44,256 nt of DNA from Chthoniobacterales bacterium (GCA_045809825.1 JBJMXC010000010.1:1-44256), one strand, 5' to 3'; numbered from the stretch's first letter, positions 1 to 8,970 are shown. Program-made: numbers and translations. The notes: generated by a model from the letters alone, not told the origin.

Positions 1-1
1 A

Positions 2-364
2 ACGTTCGGTGTTTCTCCTGCCTTATTCGTCAAGAATCTTCGATTCAATGAAGCGAGGCGCCGTTTGTCAGGGGGTCATAACGCGGCCGAGGTGGCGAGG
101 GCACTCGGGTTAAAGGATGAGTATTTCAACCAGGAATTCCGCCGCCGCTTCGGAGCACTGCCGTACGAATATCAACGTCGATTCGGATCGTCAGGCGGCG
201 GAGCTGGCGGCGAACATCGCGCCCGCATTGACCGGCCTCTAGTTCTCTTGACGGAGCGCTCAGGCGACACCTTACGGGACAGTCCCTATCGACGACCCCG
301 TATTGTATCTTTCACTCGGTGTGTACGAGGTCGGCACACTACCTCCGGCGCCCACGACCAATAA
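2..364 (+). CDS. AraC/XylS-family transcriptional regulator, C-terminal HTH portion (5' end lies outside the window)
   Basis: Frame 2 is open from the window edge. The translation FGVSPALFVKNLRFNEARRRLSGGHNAAEVARALGLKDEYFNQEFRRRFGALPYEYQRRF looks like the second helix-turn-helix of AraC-type regulators. An unusual Gly/Arg-rich tail of about 60 aa follows before the stop at 362-364. Confidence 0.7.
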   Translation, partial: TFGVSPALFVKNLRFNEARRRLSGGHNAAEVARALGLKDEYFNQEFRRRFGALPYEYQRRFGSSGGGAGGEHRARIDRPLVLLTERSGDTLRDSPYRRPRIVSFTRCVRGRHTTSGAHDQ

Positions 365-618
365 CTCCGCATCATCCGAGTTGAACAGGACGATGAATGA
401 GACAAGCACCTCATTATTCAAGTCCCTCGGAGTTGTCCTCCTCCTCAGTATGACAGTCGCGCGCATGCAGCGCCATGGAGTCGGACGTGGCCGAGGTGTT
501 CTGGGCACCGAGCAATGGTTTGCCGCTCATTTTCGAGTCTGCCCGATCGCAGCCATTACGCTAAAGGCGGGCACTCATCGATTGCGGCAGCCGCAGGCGG
601 CAGTAAACTCCGATCGCA

Positions 619-700
619 GCCAGGGTGGCGAAATTGGCAGACGCGCCAGACTTAGGATCTGGTGGAGCAATCCTTAGGGGTTCGAGTCCCCTCCCTGGCA
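619..700 (+). tRNA. tRNA-Leu (anticodon UAG), class II with long variable arm, CCA not encoded
   Basis: Hand-folded cloverleaf. Acceptor GCCAGGG(619-625)/CCCTGGC(693-699). D stem GCG/CGC. Anticodon stem CCAGA/TCTGG with loop CTTAGGA, giving anticodon TAG at 653-655. Variable arm GGA-GCAA-TCC. T arm AGGGG-TTCGAGT-CCCCT. Discriminator A700. Confidence 0.9.
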
Positions 701-731
701 GTTGTGCGAGGATGGGGATGGGCGGGAAGAG

Positions 732-1316
732 TTAGGGTTGTCCGCAATATTTGAATAAGAGCAGCTCGCTCTTTTGGTCCGCGGCAAAGTAGAACCGGAT
801 GCCGCCATCGCGGCCGACAAAATCGCGAGCCACGCTGCAACTGGCGCGCATGCTATGGACCTGGTGAATGCCGAGATGAACCCGTATATAGAGTTCGCCC
901 CAGGCCTCGATGATCGTCGCGCGCGACGCTTTGCCAGCAAGGAGCGTTTCCAGCGCCGGGCGATCCTGTTCGAGGTAGATTGGCGAAAACGCCGCGTCAA
1001 TTTCGGCGTAATTCAACCCGGCAGATTTCTCCAGAACGGGTGACGGCAGCTCCGACCAGGTTTCGGCGATCACGGCGAGCCGCATTCGCGGATTGAAGCC
1101 CGCTGCCGCGTTTTGTCGTGAATGCGTACTCAGGGCCACCCGGACCGGTTCGCCGGTCCCAGGTCCGATAGTGATCCAGAAATGGTCGACATTTTCCGGG
1201 ACCCGATCGATTTCGGCCGCGAAGGTTATTGGCGCCCCGACCAACCTGACAATGTCGCCGTGGTTTAAGTTCAGCCTAGCGCGGCGGTTCGGCTGATTAT
1301 GGCGACGGCGCGGCAA
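732..1316 (-). CDS. Conserved hypothetical protein, DUF2278 (YukJ-like) by recollection
   Basis: 194-aa ORF. Motif order (HFWITIG...VRVALSTHS...GLNYAEID...AWGELY...GIHQVHSMR) resembles what I recall of the DUF2278/YukJ family. Its start lies 3 nt downstream of the stop of the preceding minus-strand gene. Confidence 0.5.
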   Translation of the reverse strand: MPRRRHNQPNRRARLNLNHGDIVRLVGAPITFAAEIDRVPENVDHFWITIGPGTGEPVRVALSTHSRQNAAAGFNPRMRLAVIAETWSELPSPVLEKSAGLNYAEIDAAFSPIYLEQDRPALETLLAGKASRATIIEAWGELYIRVHLGIHQVHSMRASCSVARDFVGRDGGIRFYFAADQKSELLLFKYCGQP

Positions 1317-1319
1317 TGT

Positions 1320-1703
1320 TCACGATTCCGCCCGCGGATAGAACAAAAGATACGCGACCGCGAAGAGGCCAGCGAGAATAACGCCGAGACCGGCCTGCCG
1401 AAAGGTCACGATCCCGCGCGCGAGATAAACAACCCCAACGCCACATTCAAGCACGCCACGGGCAATCCCTACTTGCGCCCACACCAGATGGCGGACCGGA
1501 TCGTCCGATGCCTTCCAATAACCGATCGCCATACTAAGGAGAGAGCAGCCCCACAAAATCACGATGAAGGAGACGCCAAGGGGAAGATCGACAAAACCAA
1601 AAGCGAACAAGACGTGTTGGGGCAGGACAACGGCCAAAGTTCCGAGGAGAAACAGGACTGCTCCATCGACCGCGAGGAGAAAGCTGGTCGCGCGAAGTCT
1701 CAC
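1320..1703 (-). CDS. Small integral membrane protein (about 4 TM helices), function unknown
   Basis: 127-aa ORF with four hydrophobic stretches (FLLAVDGAVLFLLGTLAVVL, VSFIVILWGCSLLSMAIGYW, GIARGVLECGVGVVYLA, GVILAGLFAVAYLLF). Co-oriented and nearly abutting its neighbours. Confidence 0.55.
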   Translation of the reverse strand: MRLRATSFLLAVDGAVLFLLGTLAVVLPQHVLFAFGFVDLPLGVSFIVILWGCSLLSMAIGYWKASDDPVRHLVWAQVGIARGVLECGVGVVYLARGIVTFRQAGLGVILAGLFAVAYLLFYPRAES

Positions 1704-1769
1704 TGACGCGAGTCTGCCACCGTGCTCGTCGGTTAGGCGATGACAAACTTTTGTGCGGGCTGGACTTTG

Positions 1770-3350
1770 TTACTTCTTCGGGACGAAGGCGCCGTTGCCT
1801 TCGTCGATGTAGACCGTTTCGCCGACGAGCGAGACGCGAAGATATTGCTGCCATGCGCCGGAAGGAAATTGCCGGTTGGCCGGCAACGTTTTGGTGAGAA
1901 CCTCAGTGCGCTCAGCCTTTTCTTCCATTGCTTCGACAAGGACTCGTCCGTCGAGCTTCGCCGGCGGCTCCAGTCCGAGGATATGAAGGACAGTCGGCGC
2001 GATATCGACGTTGCTACTCGGGAGCGCAGTCGCCTCGCGCTTGCGGAAATCCGGGCCGGCGACCACCAGCGTATTATGGACATCGAAATCGCTCAAGGTA
2101 GCGTGGCTGCCTTGCCCGGGTCCACGCGCGGAATCGGTCACGATCTGGCCCGGGACACCGAATCGATTCGTATTTTTGTTCCAGCGCAATGCCACCAGGA
2201 CGTCCGGTGCCTCCGGTGAATTCGCCCGGACTGTCTCGAGCGAGAAAGTGCCTTCGAATTTTTCCCGGGCAAAAATCACCCCGGCGAAATCCGAACGCTG
2301 CAGCCATTCGACGAGGTGGCCCGTCACCGCGGGCTCATGTCCAACGACGTAGAAAAGAATCGAGCCACCATTGCCAACAACCATGACCTGGCCGGTTTTC
2401 GGCGCGTCGTGGAACTCAGAGACCGCGTCGAATCCGGCTTTGCGCAGTTCGGCGGGAAAATCGATGGCGCGTTCGATTGTTGAGAACCCGTGATCGGATA
2501 CGACGAAAACATCGGTGCTTTCACGCGCATTCTTTTTTGCGAGCGCGTCGAGCACGAGAGCCAGCTTGCGGTCCGAGCTCTGGATCGCAGCGAGGCACGG
2601 CTCCGCCCCGGGCGCGAACTCGTGCTGGGTCATGTCGGGATCACTCAGCCAGAGGAGGGAAAAGGCCGGAATGCCGTCGCGCCACATCACTTCGGTCAGG
2701 GCACGAGCCGCGTAATTATTGCGCTCATCGTTCGTCGCGCGGGGCTCGATCAGGAACGGACCAAGCAGCCGGACCGTCGCTTCCCGCAATTCCGCCGGCA
2801 TCGGCGCTGCCGCGAATCTGGTCACGTCTTTCAGGCTCGCATTCGTGAACTCGGCGTGGCGATCGTGTAACAGGACGACGGATTTTGTCCCGGCAACCGC
2901 CGTCCGTCGTCCTGCCTTGGTGATGATTTCGGCAAGGGTTGGGGCAGCAATATATTTTCCGCCGGTGACTTCATCTGCCTTCGCGATGATTGGCGCTTCC
3001 GCATTTTCGAACGGCCGGCGTGGATCGATTCCGGGACGAAACTCGCGATTCGCCAGGAGTGTGTTTCGGTTTGGACAAACGCCGGTGGCAATGGCGGCGC
3101 CGTTCACGTTGGTCGCCGTCGGATAAATCGAATGATGATGGCGAAAGATGACGCCTTCCTGCGCCAATTTCCAAAGCGTCGGCGTACGATTTTCCGTAAC
3201 AAAGTCCGGCCGCATCCCATCCCAGACCACGACGACGACATGCCGATCGTTGCCCGATTTTGTTTCGGTCTCGGCGGAAAGAGCCGTCATTCCGCAGAGC
3301 AAAACAGCGAGCACGGAGCTCACTCGCGGAAACAACGATCGACGTTGCAT
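1770..3350 (-). CDS. Secreted alkaline-phosphatase-superfamily enzyme, nucleotide pyrophosphatase/phosphodiesterase (NPP)-like
   Basis: 526 aa with an N-terminal signal peptide (VSSVLAVLLCGMTALSA). Carries VVVVVWDGMRPDF (metal-binding Asp) and YPTATNVNGAAIATG, which is the PTxT nucleophile motif of type I phosphodiesterases. Confidence 0.75.
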   Translation of the reverse strand: MQRRSLFPRVSSVLAVLLCGMTALSAETETKSGNDRHVVVVVWDGMRPDFVTENRTPTLWKLAQEGVIFRHHHSIYPTATNVNGAAIATGVCPNRNTLLANREFRPGIDPRRPFENAEAPIIAKADEVTGGKYIAAPTLAEIITKAGRRTAVAGTKSVVLLHDRHAEFTNASLKDVTRFAAAPMPAELREATVRLLGPFLIEPRATNDERNNYAARALTEVMWRDGIPAFSLLWLSDPDMTQHEFAPGAEPCLAAIQSSDRKLALVLDALAKKNARESTDVFVVSDHGFSTIERAIDFPAELRKAGFDAVSEFHDAPKTGQVMVVGNGGSILFYVVGHEPAVTGHLVEWLQRSDFAGVIFAREKFEGTFSLETVRANSPEAPDVLVALRWNKNTNRFGVPGQIVTDSARGPGQGSHATLSDFDVHNTLVVAGPDFRKREATALPSSNVDIAPTVLHILGLEPPAKLDGRVLVEAMEEKAERTEVLTKTLPANRQFPSGAWQQYLRVSLVGETVYIDEGNGAFVPKK

Positions 3351-3367
3351 TGGAACCGGGGCAGGAA

Positions 3368-3985
3368 CTAAAGCCGTTTCAGAACGCTTTCGGCCAGCGC
3401 TCTCGACCGCTTCGTCTTTTCCGCCTGGTCACCAGCGCCACCGACGCTGATCCGAATGTAGACATTTCCTTTCAAGACATAGAGAGCGCCGCCGACGCGG
3501 GTTCCCGTCCAAAAAGCTTCATCACCCAGTCCATCGATTTTGTCCGGCTGTTTCGATTCGCCGTCCTTGTCGTCTTTTTCGGGGGGTTGTTCCCGATGAA
3601 AAATCTCCTGCCAGCTCTCCTTGGGATCCCGGGCGTCGGAGTCGTCACCTTTGCGCGTAACCGTGAGGACGACGGAGTTCACCGCGGTGGGAAGCTCGAA
3701 ATAACATTGTGAAATACTCAGGCCGGGTTGCGAAGCCGAACTGGCCTTAGTCGACTTGAAAGGCTCGCCCTGCACGGCAGCGATTTCTTCCGGCATTAAC
3801 AACCTGCAGGCGTAGGCACCGGCGGAAGAATCTTCCGGCCGGAGGTTCGTCCCGGCGGCGCGGCTGACGCTCGCGCTCGGTTGCGGCGTTGGCGCAGCGG
3901 CCTCCGGCGTCTTTTTCGAGCAAGCCACGAGCAGGCCGAGCAGCGCGAGGAATAATCCGATTGGGCGGGAAAGGGCGAAATTCAT
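3368..3985 (-). CDS. Lipoprotein of unknown function
   Basis: Trimmed to the ATG at 3985 (MNFALSRPIGLFLALLGLLVACSKK), which gives a lipobox LVAC. That start sits 1 nt after the stop of the upstream ROK gene. The longer 243-aa ORF in the track would overlap that gene. Confidence 0.65.
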   Translation of the reverse strand: MNFALSRPIGLFLALLGLLVACSKKTPEAAAPTPQPSASVSRAAGTNLRPEDSSAGAYACRLLMPEEIAAVQGEPFKSTKASSASQPGLSISQCYFELPTAVNSVVLTVTRKGDDSDARDPKESWQEIFHREQPPEKDDKDGESKQPDKIDGLGDEAFWTGTRVGGALYVLKGNVYIRISVGGAGDQAEKTKRSRALAESVLKRL

Positions 3986-3986
3986 G

Positions 3987-4688
3987 TCAGAGCACGATCC
4001 ATTTAGGACGGTGAGTCCTTGGATTAATTTCCCACATGCGACAGCCGCCTCGGAACACGTTTCGATTGTCGCCCGGTTCGACACCCGAAGGCAGCTCATC
4101 GAATTGTTTCGCGTTGCCGCCGCCGAGCACGACGTAGTCGGCGACGAACGAAAGCTTGAGTTGTTTCACGCAAAACAGGACTTCGCGTTTCCATTTCTTT
4201 TTTCCGAGACGCTCGAGGCCGGGTTTGCCAAGGACCTGTTCGATGATGCCTCCTTCGTAGGGGAGATCGCCGAGCTCGAGCGGAAGCATGTTGCCGGGCC
4301 AAAGCAGAGCCGAGCCAAGACCCGTCCCGAGCCCGAGAAAAAGCATGCGCCCGCCGCGGTAGCTGCCAAGGGCTTGGACGGCCGCGTCGTTTAGGACCCG
4401 GGTGGGTTTGCCTAACGACTTACCGAAATTCCATCCAATCCAACCCGGGGCGAGGTGTTTCGCTTCCTTCACGATCTTGCCCTGCCGGACCACCGAAGGG
4501 AAGCCGACGGAAATCGCATCATATTTCCAATCGGTCGTGTTCTTTCTGATCTGCGCGACGAGCTGCCGCGGAGAAAGCTTCATCCCGGAATCGAACTTCC
4601 GCATTTCCTTTGGCGAAACCATGAGCTTCACGTGGGTGCCGCCGATATCGACAACGAGGACGGTCTTCTTCTTCATCGCGACCTTCAC
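3987..4688 (-). CDS. ROK-family sugar kinase (polyphosphate/ATP glucokinase-like)
   Basis: 233 aa. N-terminal ATP-binding motif VLVVDIGGTHVK, then VLNDAAVQALG and LGLGTGLGSA, all typical of ROK/PpgK kinases. Confidence 0.75.
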   Translation of the reverse strand: MKVAMKKKTVLVVDIGGTHVKLMVSPKEMRKFDSGMKLSPRQLVAQIRKNTTDWKYDAISVGFPSVVRQGKIVKEAKHLAPGWIGWNFGKSLGKPTRVLNDAAVQALGSYRGGRMLFLGLGTGLGSALLWPGNMLPLELGDLPYEGGIIEQVLGKPGLERLGKKKWKREVLFCVKQLKLSFVADYVVLGGGNAKQFDELPSGVEPGDNRNVFRGGCRMWEINPRTHRPKWIVL

Positions 4689-4697
4689 GGTCCGAAG

Positions 4698-6956
4698 CTA
4701 TTCGCCGAAACCGAGTTTTTGGAAGAACCCGCGCTTCTCGGGCTTCGCGCCCGCAGCCGCCGGCGGCCAGCACTCGACGATCTCGAGCGCGAGGAAGCGG
4801 AAGAGGGTGAGCCGCGCGAATTTGAAATCGAGCCGAAGGTTCTTCGCGATCTGGGCGACCGACCGGACCCCGTTAAACTGGGATGCGAATTGCGCTTCCG
4901 CGACAGTGAGCCGCAAATTCTGAACCCGCTCGTAACCGTCCCGGGTATAAGCGGGAACGGATCCCGATTCAATTTCGGTCTCGCCCAATTCCTGGAACTG
5001 GATGCAGCGCAAGGTCGTGAGCATCCAATGATCGATGTCTTCCTCCCCCGGGACGTCATTGCAATATTCCGGCAGCGTCTCGCTTTGTTCGAAAACGAAG
5101 CGAGCTCGCTTCGCCATCCAGAGCTGGGCAAAAAGCTTCTGGCCGTAATGCTGGACCAGCTGGACGGCAGGCTCGTGCAGGATCAATCCCTGGGTCGCAA
5201 GGGATAGAAAAAGAGGGCAGCCGGTTTCGCGCTGTTCCTGGCGGGCCTTCTCAGTCTGGTCGGCGTCCACATTTACCAACGTAATCGGCGCCTCGGGGCA
5301 ATAGAGCGCCGGGTCGCGAGTGGTGACGAGGATGATCGCGCCGTTGCGCGCCATCAGCTCGACGGTGTTGTTGTTCCAGAACGAACGCAGGGTGCCGGTT
5401 AGTTTTTCTTTCCCGATGGTGTGCAACGCGCCGTTGAAAGAAAAAAAGCTCGTGTCGCCGGAGAAAAAGGCGCCATGAACCGGAAGGTTTTCGGCAGTCG
5501 TGGAAGCGGCTGGCGGAGATTGAAATGACGAATCAGGCGTCGGTTGGGACTCGGCAAAGCTCGATCCGGAAACCGGTGCGCTCCACCATGCATCCGTGGT
5601 GGCGCCTGCAGCGGATGCGATCTCCGCGGTCTCGCTTGGCCGGGGCGATGATGCGTCCGACGGCTCGGGCCACGTCGGCTCCTCGGCAGCCCTCGAGCGC
5701 GGTTCCTCGCCGATAGCCGTTTCCTGCGGCTGCCAGGCCGGTGCGTCCCAGCTCTGCTCCGGCGCGGTGGAGGTCGATTCTTCCAGGGGCGCGTTCTCCG
5801 GTTCAGCCGGTTCGTTCGGGTCCTTGGGCATGTGATTCTCCACGGTTTTTATTAACAGATCAGATGTGAACGGTTTGTTCAATGATCCGATCACACTCGC
5901 GTTCTTGAGGTGGTCCGGCTGGAGGTCGGTCCCGAACCCTGACATGTAAACGATCGGGACATTTGCGGTTGCTGCATTTTCAGAAAGGCGCTGGCAAACT
6001 TCGTCGCCTTTCATGTCCGGCAAGACGTAGTCGAGGAGGATCAGGTCGGGTGGATTCGCCGAAGCCGCGCTCAAACCTTCCGCAGCGGTCCCCGCCGTGG
6101 CGACTTCGTAGTGCGCTTCCGCCAGGATTTCTTTTACAAAGCTGAGCAACATCAGACTGTCATCAATCACCAGGACTTTGCGCGTGGCGGCTTTTCGCTT
6201 GAACGAAGTAGCCTGGCGATGCTGGGTCTCATCCATGTTGCGGACCGCGTCCATGAGAAGCATCTGCCAATCGAGCCGTATCGTTCGAGGGCTTTGCGGT
6301 GCGCCGGAGACTTCAGAGATCTGGCCGCCCTTCCAGCTGACTATCTCATTGAAAGCCGCGACTCCTTCCTTGCCCGGTGCAGTGGCGTGACGGACCTGGC
6401 CCGCTTCGAAATAGACGCGTGCTTTCTCGCCCTTTGGGCCGGTGAATTGAAGGGCCGCTGAGGATCCAGCCATGCATTTCAGCTGGATGATGTCGGCCAG
6501 GTGCAGGTCGCTTAGCGTGCCCTGGAACTTCTCTCCCTCGGCCGCACTTGAGGGCGAGAGCAGCGCTTCCACCAGCGCGACGAAATCACCGTGCGGAAAC
6601 GGTTTTTCGAGGAAATGGATCGCACCAAGTCCGGCAGCCAGCTCGCGGTGTTCGGTTCGATGAGTGGCGGTCAGGACAATGGCGCGCGCGTTCGGGTGGC
6701 TCGTCCGGAGGTCGTAAAGGAATTCCTGTCCGAGATCGGGAACGGCCTCGATATCGAGAACAAACAGGTCGGGTTTGGACTCCAAAATCACACCGTGCGC
6801 TTGTTCCAAAGTCGGCGCGACGTCTATCTGGGCGGCGGGGGCGGCTTCTGCGAGCGCGGAGCGAATTTTCTCAGCCAGGTCGAGATCGGGCTCCAGGACG
6901 AGAACACGGCCCCCTTGGACGTCGTCGTTGGCAGAATGGGTCGGCGGCTCGTTCAC
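4698..6956 (-). CDS. Response regulator with two receiver domains and PATAN (DUF4388) domain(s); no recognisable DNA-binding or enzymatic output
   Basis: 752 aa. REC1 is RVLVLEPD...LFVLDIE...VLTA...LEKPF. The DUF4388-like segment is GTLSDLHLADIIQLKCMAGSSAALQF...RVYFEAGQVRHA. REC2 is KVLVIDDS...LILLDYVLPDMKG...LNKPF. A Pro/Ser/Ala/Glu-rich linker of about 120 aa follows. The C-terminal region begins GALHTIGKEKLTGTLRSF, which looks like a second DUF4388. Confidence 0.8.
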   Translation of the reverse strand: MNEPPTHSANDDVQGGRVLVLEPDLDLAEKIRSALAEAAPAAQIDVAPTLEQAHGVILESKPDLFVLDIEAVPDLGQEFLYDLRTSHPNARAIVLTATHRTEHRELAAGLGAIHFLEKPFPHGDFVALVEALLSPSSAAEGEKFQGTLSDLHLADIIQLKCMAGSSAALQFTGPKGEKARVYFEAGQVRHATAPGKEGVAAFNEIVSWKGGQISEVSGAPQSPRTIRLDWQMLLMDAVRNMDETQHRQATSFKRKAATRKVLVIDDSLMLLSFVKEILAEAHYEVATAGTAAEGLSAASANPPDLILLDYVLPDMKGDEVCQRLSENAATANVPIVYMSGFGTDLQPDHLKNASVIGSLNKPFTSDLLIKTVENHMPKDPNEPAEPENAPLEESTSTAPEQSWDAPAWQPQETAIGEEPRSRAAEEPTWPEPSDASSPRPSETAEIASAAGATTDAWWSAPVSGSSFAESQPTPDSSFQSPPAASTTAENLPVHGAFFSGDTSFFSFNGALHTIGKEKLTGTLRSFWNNNTVELMARNGAIILVTTRDPALYCPEAPITLVNVDADQTEKARQEQRETGCPLFLSLATQGLILHEPAVQLVQHYGQKLFAQLWMAKRARFVFEQSETLPEYCNDVPGEEDIDHWMLTTLRCIQFQELGETEIESGSVPAYTRDGYERVQNLRLTVAEAQFASQFNGVRSVAQIAKNLRLDFKFARLTLFRFLALEIVECWPPAAAGAKPEKRGFFQKLGFGE

Positions 6957-7087
6957 GATTCAAAGCAGGAGGCTAGGTCGCGCCGATGGGATAGCGCGCC
7001 AGGCCCTGTTAGAGATGCCTGCTCCCGGTGAAATGGAAAGTAGTTTTTCTCCGCGAAAAAACGCGGTTGCTGCTCACGCTTCAAGGA

Positions 7088-7113
7088 GCGGCAGTATGAA
7101 ACTGCCGCTTTTT
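7088..7113 (+). terminator. Rho-independent terminator oriented on the plus strand
   Basis: Perfect 8-bp stem GCGGCAGT(7088-7095)/ACTGCCGC(7101-7108) with a 5-nt loop, followed by TTTTT (7109-7113). On the minus strand the hairpin is followed by TCCTTG, so it is unidirectional. Confidence 0.6.
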
Positions 7114-7145
7114 GGGGTCGGCGGCCTATACCGCCGCCGCCTTGA

Positions 7146-7262
7146 CTAGTGCACGCCAGCTGTGACGCCGTGGCCGGCATCGGTCTTTACGCTGGTCGAG
7201 CAACTGGTGAGACCGCCCAGCAATACAACCGCCGCCACGAAAGAGAGTAAGATGGTTCGCAT
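7146..7262 (-). CDS. Possible 38-aa lipoprotein/small exported peptide
   Basis: Internal ATG of the 90-aa ORF gives MRTILLSFVAAVVLLGGLTSCSTSVKTDAGHGVTAGVH, with signal-like h-region and lipobox LTSC. It lies downstream of the ligase gene on the same strand. Short, so uncertain. Confidence 0.4.
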   Translation of the reverse strand: MRTILLSFVAAVVLLGGLTSCSTSVKTDAGHGVTAGVH

Positions 7263-7311
7263 AATCGATTTCCTTTCCCTTAAATCGCGCGAGGCCGCGT
7301 GTTTGCGCGCA

Positions 7312-8661
7312 TCAGTCTGCCCCGAACCTCGTCGCCAGGTCTCGCCGGCTAACTTTTCCGCGCTCGTTGACGGGAATTTCATCCACAAAAAAGATCCGCT
7401 TCGGGACCTGCCACCCACTCAGGCGCTGACGACAAAACTCTAGCAAGCCCGCCTCATCAAGGGTTCCGCTGGCGGCAACACAGGCCTCCACTTGTTCAGT
7501 TCGCCGGGCGGATTCCCGACCGAACACAACCGCCGCGCGGACGCCGGCATACCGCAGCAGCTCGGCCTCGACTTCCGCCGGGTTCACTTTTTTCCCAGCG
7601 ACATTGATAACGTCCGACATCCGCCCAACGATTCGGAATCCGTCGTTGCTCCGCGTCAGGAGGTCGTCGGGCATAAAAAAGCCGCCGCCCAGTTTTTCGT
7701 TATCCGGTTCGGGAAAATAACCGTCGCCAGCGGCCGGTGTTTGAAGTCGGATCCGACCTGATTTGGCCTCGCGATCGAGGAATTCCACCTTCGTTCCGTT
7801 CATTGGCTGGCCAACAAACCCCGATTCTTCGAGACGCGCTTCGCGGTCGTAGCAAATCCCGCCGCACTCGGACGATCCATAAAAAGAATGGATCGAGTGC
7901 CTAAATTTTTCCCGGAATTTGCGCGCGACTTCGAGTGGTAACGGCGCGCCAGCCGAAAGACAAAGCCGGAGTTTGGGGAGTGCGGGCGCGTTTTCCATTT
8001 CGCAAAACGCCTGGTAAAACACCGGCATTCCAGGAAAGACCGTCGCACCATTGGTGACCAGGCCGCCGAGAACGGCGCGCGGCATTCGGTCACGGCTCAA
8101 AACCAGCGGGACCCCAAGGACGAGCAACGGCGTGACGAGGTTGCTGAACCCATACGAGTGCGACAATGGAATCACGCCGAAATTCACGTCGTCCGGCCGA
8201 ATGCCCATCGTGTCACAGATTTGATTGCAGTCGGCTAACAGTTGTTCACTCCGAAAGCGGATGGCGCGCGGGGCGGCGGTGGTGCCCGAGGTCAGTTTTA
8301 GGAGAACCGGCCGAGGATTGATTGACGTGATGCCCTCACAAATTCGCAGCGCCGCTTCACGCTGCTGCCCGGTAATCGTGCTCTCGAGCGGGAGAGCGAT
8401 CGCGCCGCGCCGGAGGCTGGCGAGAAGAAGGGAAGGCCAGTCGGGGTGATTGCCGACGTCGATCGGGAAGATCGGGCCGGCAATAGCGGGCTCAAGATTG
8501 CGAGCCCGTTCCTCGATGTCGTCGAAGGTTCGCTGGATTTGCCCCTGGCTGTCGAAAATCGCGGGGGCGCCGCGGTTTTTTCTGAGTGTATTGGCCCAGG
8601 CGGCGAGAAGGGGATCGTTCCCCGGGTCCCTCGACGGCGCTCCGGATGACGGCGATTTCAT
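7312..8661 (-). CDS. AMP-dependent synthetase/ligase (acyl-CoA synthetase-like adenylate-forming enzyme)
   Basis: 449 aa. AMP-binding core motifs [25 protein letters not shown]...[26 protein letters not shown]. Confidence 0.8.
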   Translation of the reverse strand: MKSPSSGAPSRDPGNDPLLAAWANTLRKNRGAPAIFDSQGQIQRTFDDIEERARNLEPAIAGPIFPIDVGNHPDWPSLLLASLRRGAIALPLESTITGQQREAALRICEGITSINPRPVLLKLTSGTTAAPRAIRFRSEQLLADCNQICDTMGIRPDDVNFGVIPLSHSYGFSNLVTPLLVLGVPLVLSRDRMPRAVLGGLVTNGATVFPGMPVFYQAFCEMENAPALPKLRLCLSAGAPLPLEVARKFREKFRHSIHSFYGSSECGGICYDREARLEESGFVGQPMNGTKVEFLDREAKSGRIRLQTPAAGDGYFPEPDNEKLGGGFFMPDDLLTRSNDGFRIVGRMSDVINVAGKKVNPAEVEAELLRYAGVRAAVVFGRESARRTEQVEACVAASGTLDEAGLLEFCRQRLSGWQVPKRIFFVDEIPVNERGKVSRRDLATRFGAD

Positions 8662-8711
8662 CGCTTGCGCGAAAGCCGGAGCGCGCTACAGTTCGCCCCT
8701 CGTTTCCAACC

Positions 8712-8939
8712 ATGAAAGCGGAAATTCATCCAGAGTATTACGAGACCGATATCGTCTGCGCTTGCGGTGCTGTCTATCACACACGCTCGACCAAGCGGGA
8801 CATTAAAATCGGCATTTGTGCCGCCTGTCATCCGTTTTTCACCGGGGAACAAAAGTTCGTCGATACGGCTGGGCGGGTGGAGAAATTCGCGCGGCGTTAC
8901 GGCGGGACCAAGGCCGCGCGCACCCCGAAGAAGGCTTAG
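8712..8939 (+). CDS. rpmE: 50S ribosomal protein L31
   Basis: [10 protein letters not shown]...CACG...[28 protein letters not shown] is a canonical L31 with a CxxG...CxxC zinc motif. Start trimmed to the ATG at 8712. Confidence 0.95.
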   Translation: MKAEIHPEYYETDIVCACGAVYHTRSTKRDIKIGICAACHPFFTGEQKFVDTAGRVEKFARRYGGTKAARTPKKA

Positions 8940-8944
8940 CTGGC

Positions 8945-8970
8945 TGTAGCTGGGATCGGCGATCCCGGCC
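8945..8970. repeat. REP-like palindromic element (consensus about TGTAGCCGGGATC-GNC-GATCCCGGCTACA)
   Basis: TGTAGCTGGGATCGGCGATCCCGGCC lies immediately after the rpmE stop. The core GGGATCGGCGATCCC is a perfect hairpin. Related copies are at 10091-10108 and 10133-10152. Confidence 0.6.

Noticed and set aside
303-677. 124-aa ORF spanning the AraC tail, the intergenic DNA and the tRNA-Leu gene
   Set aside because: It overlaps a well-folded tRNA and has no recognisable features, so it is a spurious ORF.
619-1320. Possible integrated element at the tRNA-Leu 3' end
   Set aside because: I saw no integrase, no obvious direct repeat of the tRNA 3' half downstream, and the neighbouring genes belong to a compact operon with the same composition.
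3986-4099. N-terminal extensions of track ORFs: lipoprotein to 4099, tdh to 29018, esterase to 20414, the 396-aa protein to 24197, prmC to 10529, rpmE to 8586, ybjQ-like to 32434
   Set aside because: The extensions overlap upstream genes or consist of Arg-rich low-complexity sequence. Internal ATGs restore canonical N-termini (signal peptide or an orthologue-like start).
4455-5207. 250-aa plus-strand ORF, with other ORFs at 5399-6976, overlapping the response-regulator gene
   Set aside because: They are antisense or out of frame relative to a 752-aa ORF with two clear receiver domains, and they have no motifs of their own.
7096-7149. 17-codon mini-ORF MKLPLFGVGGLYRRRLD preceded by a perfect AAGGAG with a 7-nt spacer
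   Set aside because: The Shine-Dalgarno 3' end and the ATG lie in the stem and loop of the terminator hairpin, the peptide has no features, and other genes here mostly lack such an SD. It is probably fortuitous. The terminator itself is kept as a finding.
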